64,000 bases of DNA. Origin: Eledone cirrhosa (lineage: Eukaryota). Under the pieces are notes generated by a model. The model worked only from the letters and a program-made list of their open reading frames with translations, ran no database searches and had not been told where the DNA came from. The translations under genes were made by a program, and so were the position numbers. Location: NCBI GenBank assembly GCA_964016885.1, contig OZ024746.1:83266001-83330000 (forward strand), written 5' to 3'. Below, in pieces: positions 24,446 through 35,400 of this stretch (positions are counted from its first letter, which is position 1; every line of letters begins with the position of its first letter).

Positions 24446-26245
24446 TGATAGTTGGGAAGGCCAGATATAAATATTCATATTCTGTCATAATACATATTTC
24501 TGTGGCCTTCGTAATTACGTAATTCTGTCATCACGCAACCCTCAACACGACCTCATCATCAAACATCATTTTAAGTTATAAGGTAATACAATCTTCAAGC
24601 AGTACTACCTCGGAGTAGGCCCCTATATTTGCTATCCTCTCTGCATCCAGTTCCACACTGTACACACAAGGTAAAGTGTCTTACTTCTATGTCCGATGTT
24701 GACGTCATGAAATTCACGCCCTTTGTGATTACATTGAAATTGACACATCATATTTGTCATCTAGTCTATACGTCTGTGGCTTTCTATTTGGTTATTGTTG
24801 TTATTGTTGTCGCTGTTTTCAAATCTGGTGTTTTTGCACTATATTCTTATTGTTAGTTTTGATTGGGTGTTATACCTGTGTTCTGATACAAAGTAATTAT
24901 TTATTGCTTAGAGAATTTCATATTGTAGATCTTTCGCAATTGGGGAGGGAAAGTCCACATCTTAAGAACTAAATTACTCTTTTGTCTTTCAACATTACTG
25001 ATAAATTATATAAATAAAGGCGGGATTCGAACCATGTACTCGACCACTTATCCAATAAACTACTGCAAATGTTGATAATAGACAGAAATTGAGAAGTTTA
25101 GACTCCATTCAGAAACACAATAATCAGGCTTTAATTAAAGTAATTAACTAACAATATATTGAAGCGACTTTTCAGAATACTTTCACCCGACATCATCAGA
25201 TAATTTGACACTTGTGACCGGTCACTGTGAATAGACAGTTTTAGCTGAAAATACAAAGCAACAATAGCTTATTTATGACTTGTGGTTTTTGTCATTACCA
25301 TTGTCTCTACTACATAAACAGGTTTGTAATTCCTCCTTTTTATAAACAGGTTACCTTTGATCATCATTACAATATTTCAAACATTGTCCATTGTCTTCTG
25401 AAAACCATCAGCAATGTAAACATGCCATAATTATAATTTCTAAAAGTTTTAACAATTCATTTATGAAACATTAAAAACTTTTGCTTAATTAAAAATATTC
25501 AAGAGAAAAAACATGGAATACAAATAGAATTGTTATTAAAACTAACGGAAATGAACATGATTTAAATTCTTTCTGATGATGTATTTGAATAACAAAATGC
25601 ATTAATAGTAAATAATTGTTTCTACTTTAATTGGTGAAATTGAGATAGAAAGAATGAAATGGTCGGCAAAAGTGAGACAGGGTGATTTATGTATACATTG
25701 CTTTTTATATAGAAGAATAGATGACTCAAATTATCAATGAAATATGTATATATAATTGTTTATCTGTGTTGTAATTACAGACATCATTGACACACAATTA
25801 GGCATAATACAGAACACATTTACCAGTCTAGAGTTACTGTAGAGCATGTACTTAAAGTTTCCTCCACATTGCATCATGGAGGCTAGCAATGGAGTGTGTA
25901 TGTGTGTGGATGTGTATATATATATACACACACACATATATATATATATATAAAGGTCTATTTCTTACTCGCTCATATATTCACACAGCTTATGCTGACA
26001 GAATAACCATGTTGCTTGTGTTTCTTTCCATCTTCGGTTAGCTTTCCCCTGTGTTGTTTACTTGTCTTACTAACTTTACGCGTTTCAATTGTCCTAATAA
26101 CTTATTTTAGTTATTGTCGCACCAACGTGAGGTATATGATTTTTAATGCGATGAAATACCAATGATCGTTGGCAAATCACTGATGAGGGACTCATTTTAT
26201 AACATGTAATCCATGTGCAACCATGCAGTATTCTTCTCCCCATAT

Positions 26246-26287
<42 letters not shown>

Positions 26288-26321
26288 AGATTTGAATGGA
26301 TACAGTTTAGTTGAAAGGAAT

Positions 26322-26441
26322 TTATTGACACGTGTTTCTATAACAGTTACATAACCTAAAACAGCTGCTATCTACAAACTTTTAGTTATGCAGACATTCA
26401 ATATTTCAATGTTATTATTTACTGTCATTTCATCAGAATAA
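26322..26441 (-). ncRNA. Type I hammerhead motif with long stem II
   Basis: TTATT-CTGATGA-a-ATGACAGT..~73 nt..ACTGTTAT-a-GAAA-CACGTG-TC-AATAA. GUC cleavage triplet, palindromic stem III, A.A at the base of stem II. Confidence 0.68.
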
Positions 26442-26680
26442 TATTACTGAGGACCTATTTAGTTTTTATAGAGAATATTAGGAGGGAGGGGTGAAGTTGT
26501 TAGAAGAATAGTTGAAGGAGTGGTTTTTCGATAGCAGTGAGAATTCTTGGTGGCAGTGAGTAATTAGATTCCCATCTGTTGTTTTGACATTTTTTATAGA
26601 ATATATTATTGGTTATTTTTCTAAATCTATAGAAGGATTAGAGATAGTAAAGATATGCGTGGTTGGTTTTGTGTTTGCAC
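26322..26680 (-). mobile_element. Penelope-like element 3' end (GIY-YIG-domain C-terminal relic plus pLTR)
   Basis: Decayed translation DLEK*PIIYSIKNV/NNRWE/LITHCHQ resembles the PLE LC..EK..I...NKRSELI..CRH terminus and is followed by the hammerhead. Confidence 0.5.
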
Positions 26681-26737
<57 letters not shown>

Positions 26738-27045
26738 TTCTTTCTTCCCTTCTTTGTCAGTTGATACACTTGGGATACTCTTTCGTCTTTACTTGTATAA
26801 TTCGCGGAAAGGCATAACTTGTCCTGTCTTTGTCTCTAATATGCACTGGAATGAATAGTATCCACCTTAGCGAACCAAAATTGTAGTAATCTCCAGAGAT
26901 TGACTGAGGTATTGGGCCTTTCCGTTTTTCTGTTGTTTTCAGTAGGCAACTTGGTGTCCCATCATCCCAGCCTTTCCACATTTTCACAGGCATTTACCTT
27001 TCCCAAATACTGTCGACCTTGGGCTTAAATCAGAAACCATTAAAA

Positions 27046-27262
27046 GGCGGTGGCTTAGCAGAGTCGATAGAGTGTCAGAAAGATGCTTTGTGGTATTTGT
27101 TCCGACTCTTTATGTTCTGAGTTCAAATCCCGCTACGGTCAACTCTGCCTTTTATCTTTCCGAGGTCGATAAAATAAAGTATTAGTTAAGTACTAGGCTC
27201 GATAAAATCGACTTCTCCCTTTTCCTTAAATTGCTAACCTTGTGACAAAATTAGAAACAATT
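27046..27262 (+). mobile_element. tRNA-derived SINE, near full length
   Basis: GGCGGTGGCTTAGCAGAGTCG head, B box GAGTTCAAATCCC at 27119, 3' CCTTGTG..AAATTAGAAACAATT. Homologous to 31294-31480. Confidence 0.85.
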
Positions 27263-27338
27263 AATTATAACTATAACCCCACTGAAGAGTGACCCATAAA
27301 GGGTTTACCATTTAAAAATTTAACTTTTTTGCCAATAA

Positions 27339-29252
27339 TTTTTTTTTTTTTTTCATATTTTGAAAATATATTATTTTAATCAGATTTTTTGTTATTTTTA
27401 ATAGAGTGGGCGAAAGTTTTCCCTTCGGTTTTCACCGAAGGGTTGTTCGTGATGGTCTCCATTAGTGTTTTGTTTTCAGTATTTATGTAAGTGTAAATGT
27501 AATTTTCTTGTGTTGTGTTTGTTTTTGTCTGTAGTTCTTGTGTGTTTTCGTTTTGTTGTAGGTATTTTGTTTTCAGGAGGTGGGGGTTTTGTTTGTGATG
27601 TTTTTGTTGTTTGTGTTGGTGGTTGTATGTTTGTGGTAGTGTTTGCTGTTTTTTGGCTTTTGTGATGTCTTTTCTTTCTTTTCGAGCGATGGGGTTCTCC
27701 CTTGTCTTCACTGGGTGATGGCGAGATAGCCTATCTGTTGTATCGTCTGTGTAATTGGGGAGGGGTATGTCTTGGGGAGCTGTTGTGTCTGTATGTGATT
27801 TTGAAGTGGTTTTAGGTGGAGTGGGGTTGGGTGGGACTGTGTTTGTTGTAGTTATTTTTGTGTGTTGGTGTTGTTGTTGTGGTGGTGTTGGTTGTGTTAT
27901 TTTGATGGGTGTCGGCAGAAGAGTCTTTTTTTGACTCATTAATTTAGGACAGGAAGCCCTCAGGTGACCCCTGCTAAAACAGTGGTAACATGAAGGCCAC
28001 TTGCCCTCAACCGAAAAGTTTATGTAGGTGAGTCCGTCCAGGAGTACACGTTGTGGGATCATAGCTATTCGCTCTGGGCTCATTTGCACCAGAACTTCAA
28101 CGCTAGTCCCATTGAATGCATCTCTGGGGGGCTTTCCTACTGAAAGTATTTTGTCTTCATCAAAATTGATGAAGCCGCACAGTATCCACCATGTTTACCT
28201 TTGGTGTGACACTCGTGATTCTAATCTTTTGTGTCCTTTTTCCTATGTATGTAGGGAAAAAGGTATACAGGTTGGATGCAATTGGCGACACAGAGTAATT
28301 TTGGGCCGTCAATTGATCCTTCATGAGTACCGAAATACTCCCAAAGAGTTTGCTTCTTTGAATGAATGAAATATCATTCATTGAATTTTTGAAAACCAGT
28401 TCAATTTCTTTCTGTGACAATTGGACTGGTTTTCGGGTAGAATTGGAAACTGTCCTAAAAACTATCGTTTTGAGAGCAGTTTTCTTGCGAATTTCTACAG
28501 CAGAATTGATGCTGAAAGCACCATTTTTTCCTAGCGTTCTTTAAAAGTTGTTCGGCATTTGTTATGTCGAGATATGTCAGTTCCTCCTTTTTCTGAACTG
28601 TCTGTGCAAAGGAGATTTTCGGTTTCTTTGTGGAATTATCCGTGTTGGTGGTGTTGTCATTATTGTTGTTATTCGTGTTGTTATTCTTGTTGTCACTGAT
28701 GTTGATATTGTTCGTATTTTCCTTGGTGTTGGTGTTGTTGTTGTCTTTGATGCTGGTATTATTGGTGTTGTCTTTATTTTTTTCTTTGTTGTTGTTGTTG
28801 TCATTGTTGTCTTTATCATCATTATTGGTGTTGTTGTTGTTATTTTTGTTGTCATTGTACTGTTTGGTGTCATTTGTGTTGTTTGGATACGAATTTGTTT
28901 TTACAATTTCATTTCGTCTTTCCATCTCCATAGTATCTATCGAGAAGGAAAGGGAAGAAGACGATGTAGACTGCGAGCTATGTAGTCTTACCGACTCTCC
29001 ACCACCATTATCTTCGACCGCAGCGTTCATAACGTAATAAAACTTCTTACGATATTTTTTCAAAAATTCGATGGAGAAAAACCTTTTAAAACGAATATTT
29101 CGCCCCTGTAGGGGCGAAAATGAGTTGACCCACCACCTGAAGGTCCAGACGGGGAGTCAAGTTACACAATAATATAAAATTTAACTGAAAACTCACGGCA
29201 TTTTTCTTACATAAATTAACGGAAACTTCTCCGCGAAGTTACACACGTCTGG
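27339..29252 (-). mobile_element. ORF1-only copy of a related Tx1-like family, 5' end abutting (TAGA)n
   Basis: 5' UTR and ORF1 are homologous to the intact LINE. Homology ends at an A-run, and no ORF2 follows. Confidence 0.88.
27376..29030 (-). pseudogene. Frameshifted LINE ORF1
   Basis: Fragments MNAAVEDNGGGESVR, KISFAQ, FFPTYIGKRTQKI, CYHCFSRGHLRASC, KKTLLPTP, NNPSVKTEG align in order to ORF1 at 18469-20349. Confidence 0.9.
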
Positions 29253-29257
29253 TAGAG

Positions 29258-29341
<84 letters not shown>

Positions 29342-29389
29342 GGATGGATGGATGGATGGATGGATGGATGGATGTGGATAGATAGATAG
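29253..29389. repeat. (TAGA)n(TGGA)n microsatellite
   Basis: Direct reading. Confidence 0.95.
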
Positions 29390-30804
29390 TCATTTAGAAC
29401 AGAATTTCAAACAAAACTCAGTACGTGATGTTGAGCTTTTATTCAAAGGTTGAACAAACATATAGCTATTAACGTTATGCATGTCCATATACATTTCAGT
29501 TACAGATATGAATTATGTCATTGCAGTTATCTACAAAGATAACGGCGTAATTGTTTAACTAACTGATATCTACGCTACTTTCTATACTGTAGAACGATAT
29601 TTCATTGGATATTCTCTATAGCTTTCTCTATTAGCTTCAATTTTCTTTATCAAAGGAAAGTCGTTGTAAATTGTCATAAGATGTATTATTTTTAATTCCT
29701 TAGATCTTCGTTTTCATATATAGTGGTGGATAGAGATTCAATTTTAATTTTCATTAATGTTTAATATTTATCGCTATTTAATGTATGGTGTTTATTTGGC
29801 GTTTGGCTTTCAATTTAACTATCTGGATCGTTACAACATCTTAGCTATCTATTTCATTCTCTTTTCCTAATTAAATGCTAGGTGACAATTATCAAGACTA
29901 TCCTCATGGAATTCAAGTAATGGACGTATTCCAATCTTCTTATGGTCAATGGATCAAAAGCAGAAATCATAATATTCTCTAAGTCATTCCAAGATATCGC
30001 GCATACTCGCTTAGTTTTACTAAATCTGATAAATCCTTGTGTTTGATCATTATTGCTACACATCCGCTAAACCTTGCAACTGGTTTTTAATGACTTTGTA
30101 AGTATTATTCTTAACAAAATCGCAATCATTCATAGATTCTTGTCTTGATCTCATTTGGAAATCCTTATCTATACTTCGTCCATATTTTTAATTCTTTATA
30201 GATATCTGATCAAGCATTAATATTCTGTTACAAACCATCTTATATTTAATATGCTCAAACTTGGGGCTATCCAAGACAGTTATTCAAAACTTCATTGACA
30301 TGACTAGATATTAAATCAGGTAACATTTCATATCACACGATTGAAATATAAACCTTTTCATATATTGGTTCCTTTTTATATCTTTTATTTCATTCATATC
30401 AAGGATCTATCTATACTTACGCGAAACATAACATCATTTTGAAACATTAAACATTAAAACAAAGCTTTCCTCTTCTACACCTGAAGATACGAGAATACTT
30501 TTTGTTGAAAAATGAATAACCGTTACACAGTCTCCTTCACTTCAATAAATATATGGATTTATGCCTAAGTAAAAATCAATATTTCTTCAATGAAATTCGT
30601 ATGGAGATTCGTAACTGCTTAGACATTGGTTCGGGGGCGTAAGTTTGATATCAAAACTTGGCTGAATTCGGATGTCTTGGATGTCTTGGATGTCACCAAT
30701 ATTTATGTTTCCATGTTTTATATAGCATCTCTATTGTTTAAGTTAACACTTAAAATATAAATTCCACCTTATTATTTTATATAACAATTGAAGCACGGCT
30801 TTAT

Positions 30805-30863
30805 TAAAGTACCAGTAATGTACTGGGTAATTGCTGGCCTTGTGCCTAAAGTAGAAACAATTA
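30805..30863 (+). mobile_element. SINE 3' fragment
   Basis: Near-exact reverse complement of 31293-31350. Confidence 0.75.
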
Positions 30864-30972
30864 TATGATATATAAAAGAGTTAACGATGTGACTTATTTA
30901 ATGGCATAATTACATAATACTTTAATTAAGTCGACTGTTAATAGAAATAAAAATAAACTATATATATATATA

Positions 30973-31014
<42 letters not shown>

Positions 31015-31293
31015 TGTTTATATATATATATATACTGTTTATATATATATACTGTTTATATATATATATATATACTGTTTATATTTATATATATATATAT
31101 ATATATATATACATTATAATAATAGTGAGTATAACCGAAGTTGCAGCTGCGAGCAGCAGGTTCAGAATCGATATATTTGGAGGCTGCCACGAAGCACTCA
31201 ATGAGACGAAATCAATAAATTAATGCTCAGAGTAATAACATAAGTTAGGTAATATTAGGTGTATATATATATATATATATATATATTAGTAAT

Positions 31294-31480
31294 AATTGTT
31301 TCTACTTTAGGCACAAGGCCAGCAATTACCAGTGCATTACTGGTACTTTATTTTATCGACCCCGTAAGGATGAAAGGCAAAGTCAACCTCGGCGGGATTT
31401 GAACTCAGATGGTAAAGGGACGTAACTATGCTGGAAAGCATGGCGTCCGACCCTCTACCGATACTGCCAATCCACCGCCC
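31294..31480 (-). mobile_element. tRNA-derived SINE, followed by a second 3' fragment at 31510-31547
   Basis: Minus strand GGGCGGTGGATTGGCAGTATCGG (A box)...GAGTTCAAATCCC (B box)...GGTCGATAAAATAAAGTACCAG. Confidence 0.88.
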
Positions 31481-31547
31481 TTATATATATTAGTAATAAT
31501 ATTAATAATAATTGTTTCTACTTTAGGCACAAGGCCAGCAAATACCC

Positions 31548-32425
31548 AAAACGGCAACATCTAAAATGACACTAAAATCCCTAAAACGGCATCATTTTAG
31601 TCATTTATAATGACGTTTTCGCCATTTTAGTCGTTTTTGTATGACGTTTTAGTTATTTATGATGACGTTTTAGTCATTTTAGTCATTTATGATGCCGTTT
31701 TAGCCATTTTAGTGTTATGTTACCCATTTGTGATGCCGTTTTAGCCATTTTAGAGTCATTTAAGTCGTTTATGAAGCCGTTTTAGCCATCTTAGAGGCAA
31801 TTTAGCCATTTATAATGACGTTTTAGTCATTTTAGTCATTTATGATGTCGTTTTAGCCATTTTATTGTCATTTTAGTCACTTATGATACCGTTTTAGCCA
31901 TTTTAGAGTCATTTTAGTCGTTTACGATGCCGTTTTAGCCATTTTAGCGTTAGTTTAGCCATTTATGATGACGTTTTAGTCATTTTAGTCATTTATGATG
32001 ACGTTTTAGTCATTTATGATGACGTTTTAGCCATTTTAGTCATTTATGATTCCGTTTTAGCCATTTTAGTGTCATTTTAGTCATTTATCATAAATGAGTA
32101 GAACGTCATCATAGATGACTAAAATCATAGATGGCTAAATTGGCTAAATTGGTTAAATTGACTCTATAATGGCTAAAACGGCATCATAAATGGCTAAATT
32201 GAGACTTAAATGGCTAAAACGTAATCATGAATGACTAAAATGGCTAAAAGGTCATCATAAATGACTAAAACATCATCATAAATGAGTAAAATGGCTAAAA
32301 CGTCATCATAAGTGGCTACATTGACTCTAAAATGGGTAAAACGGCATCGTAAATGACTGAAATGATTAAAACGTCATCATAAATAACTAAAATATCATAC
32401 AAAAATGACTAAAAAGGCTAAAACG
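31548..32425. repeat. Fold-back array built from 10/21-bp sub-repeats, with polarity flip at ~32085
   Basis: CATTTTAGTC/CATTTATGATGACGTTTTAG units on the left and their reverse complements on the right. The outer ends (31615 onward; up to 32425) align colinearly. Confidence 0.88.
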
Positions 32426-32426
32426 T

Positions 32427-35400
32427 TTTTTCGTTTGGGTGCCCCGTTTTTTTGTTTGGGTGCCCCGTTTTTTTATTTGGGTGTCCTATTTTTTTTATTT
32501 GGGTGCTCCGTTTTTTATTTGGGTGCCCCGTTTTTTTTTATTTGGGTGCCTCGTTTTTTATTTGGGTGACCCGTTTTTTTATGGGGGGGTCCGGTTTTTT
32601 ATGGGGGCGGTCCGTTTCTTATTTGGGTGCCCCGTTTTTTTATGGGGGGCTCCGTTTTTTTTATGGGGGATCCGTTTTTTATTTGGGTGCACCGTTTTTT
32701 TATTTGGGTGTCCCGTTTTTTTATGGGGGGGTGTCCATTTTTTATTTGGGTGCCCGTTTTTTATTTGTGTGCCCCGTTATTTTTATGGGGGGTCCGTTTT
32801 TTATTTGGGTGCCCCGTTTTTTTAGGGGGGGGGTCCGTTTTTTATTTGGGTACCCCGTTTTTTATTTGGGTGCCCCGTTTTTTTATGGGGGGGTCCGTTT
32901 TTTATTTGGGTGCCCCGTTTTTTTATGGGGGAGGTCCGTTTTTTATTTGGGTACCCCGTTTTTTAATTGGGTGCCCCGTTTTTTTATGGCGGGGGTCCGT
33001 TTTTTATTTGGGTACCCCGTTTTTTATTTGGGCGCCCCGTTTTTTTATGGGGGGGTCCGTTTTTTATTTGGGTACCCCGTTTTTTATTTGGGTGCCCCGT
33101 TTTTTTATGGGGGGGTCCGTTTTTTATTTGGGTGTCCCGTTTTTTTATGGGGGGGGCCGTTTTTTATTTGGGTGCCCCGTTTTTTTATAGGGGGGGTCCG
33201 TTTTTTATTTGGGTACCCCGTTTTTTTATGGGGGGTCCGTTTTTTATTTGGGTACCCCGTTTTTTTATGGGGTGGGGTCCGTTTTTTATTTGGGTACCCC
33301 GTTTTTTTATGGGGGGGGTCCGTTTTTTATTTGGGTACCCCGTTTTTTTATGGGGGGGCCCGTTTTTTATTTGGGTGCCCCGTTTTTTTATGAGGGGGGT
33401 CCGTTTTTTATTTGGGTACCCCATTTTTTTATGTGGGGGGGTCCGTTTTTTATTTGGGTACCCCGTTTTTTTATGGGGTGGGGCCGTTTTTTATTTGGGT
33501 GCCCCGTTTTTTATGGGGGGGTCCGTTTTTTATTTGGGTACCCCGTTTTTTTATGGGGAGGGGCCCGTTTTTTATTTGGGTGCCCCGTTTTTTTATGGGG
33601 GGAGGGTCCGTTTTTTATTTGGGTACCCCGTTTCTTATTTGGGTGCCCCGTTTTTTTAAGGGGGGGTCCGTTTTTTATTTGGATGCCCCGTTTTTTTATG
33701 GGGGGGTCCGTTTTTTATTTGGGTACCCCGTTTTTTGATGGGGAGGGGCCCGTTTTTTATTTGGGTGCCCCGTTTTTTTATGGGGGGAGGGTCCGTTTTT
33801 TATTTGGGTACCCCGTTTCTTATTTGGGTGCCCCGTTTTTTTAAGGGGGGGTCCGTTTTTTATTTGGATGCCCCGTTTTTTTATGGGGGGGTCCGTTTTT
33901 TATTTGGGTACCCCGTTTTTTATTTGGGTGCCCCGTTTTTTTTATGGGGGGGTCCGTTTTTTATTTGGGTGCCCCGTTTTTTTATGGGGGAGGTCCGTTT
34001 TTTATTTGGGTACCCCGTTTTTTAATTGGGTGCCCCGTTTTTTTATGGCGGGGGTCCGTTTTTTATTTGGGTACCCCGTTTTTTATTTGGGCGCCCCGTT
34101 TTTTTATGGGGGGGTCCGTTTTTTATTTGGGTACCCCGTTTTTTATTTGGGTGCCCCGTTTTTTTATGGGGGGGTCCGTTTTTTATTTGGGTGCCCCGTT
34201 TTTTTATGGGGGGGTCCGTTTTTTATTTGGGTGTCCCGTTTTTTTATGGGGGGGGCCGTTTTTTATTTGGGTGCCCCGTTTTTTTATAGGGGGGGTCCGT
34301 TTTTTATTTGGGTACCCCGTTTTTTTATGGGGGGTCCGTTTTTTATTTGGGTACCCCGTTTTTTTATGGGGTGGGGTCCGTTTTTTATTTGGGTACCCCG
34401 TTTTTTTATGGGGGGGCCCGTTTTTTATTTGGGTGCCCCGTTTTTTTATGAGGGGGGTCCGTTTTTTATTTGGGTACCCCATTTTTTTATGTGGGGGGGT
34501 CCGTTTTTTATTTGGGTACCCCGTTTTTTTATGGGGTGGGGCCGTTTTTTATTTGGGTGCCCCGTTTTTTATGGGGGGGTCCGTTTTTTATTTGGGTACC
34601 CCGTTTTTTTATGGGGAGGGGCCCGTTTTTTATTTGGGTGCCCCGTTTTTTTATGGGGGGAGGGTCCGTTTTTTATTTGGGTACCCCGTTTCTTATTTGG
34701 GTGCCCCGTTTTTTTAAGGGGGGGTCCGTTTTTTATTTGGATGCCCCGTTTTTTTATGGGGGGGTCCGTTTTTTATTTGGGTACCCCGTTTTTTTATGGG
34801 GAGGGGCCCGTTTTTTATTTGGGTGCCTCGTTTTTTTATGGGGGGAGGGTCCGTTTTTTATTTGGGTACCCCGTTTCTTATTTGGGTGCCCCGTTTTTTT
34901 AAGGGGGGGTCCGTTTTTTATTTGGATGCCCCGTTTTTTTATGGGGGGGTCCGTTTTTTATTTGGGTACCCCGTTTTTTATTTGGGTGCCCCGTTTTTTT
35001 TATGGGGGGGTCCGTTTTTTATTTGGGTGCCCCGTTTTTTTATGGGGGGGTCCGTTTTTTATTTGGGTGCCCCGTTTGTTATGTGGGTGCCCCGTTTTTT
35101 ATTTGGGTACCCCGTTTTTTTATCGGGGGGGGTCCGTTTTTTATTTGGGTACCCCGTTTTTTATTTGGGTGACCCGTTTTTTTATGGGGGGGTCCGTTTT
35201 TTATTTGGGTGCCCCGTTTTTTTATGGGGGGGTTGGTTTTTTATTTGGGTACCCCGTTTTTTATTTGGGTGCCCCGTTTTTTTATGGGGGGTCCGTTTTT
35301 TATTTGGGTACCCCGTTTTTTATTTGGGTGCCCCGTTTTTTTATGGGGGGGGGTCCGTTTTTTATTTGGGTGCCCCGTTTTTTATTTGGGTGCCCCGTTT

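Noticed and set aside
25018-25060. tRNA gene (GGTTCGAATCCCGCC on the minus strand)
   Set aside because: B box only with no cloverleaf; probably a SINE head remnant.
25160-25610. CTGATGA motifs at ~25193 (-) and 25573 (+)
   Set aside because: GAAA or stems are defective. At best these are decayed copies, so they are not listed as features.
27281-27310. CTGAAGA plus ACCC/GGGT stem (and CTGAAGA at 30481)
   Set aside because: No properly placed GAAA or stem I.
29400-30800. AT-rich unique stretch as a possible exon or TE relic
   Set aside because: No sustained ORF or recognisable motif.
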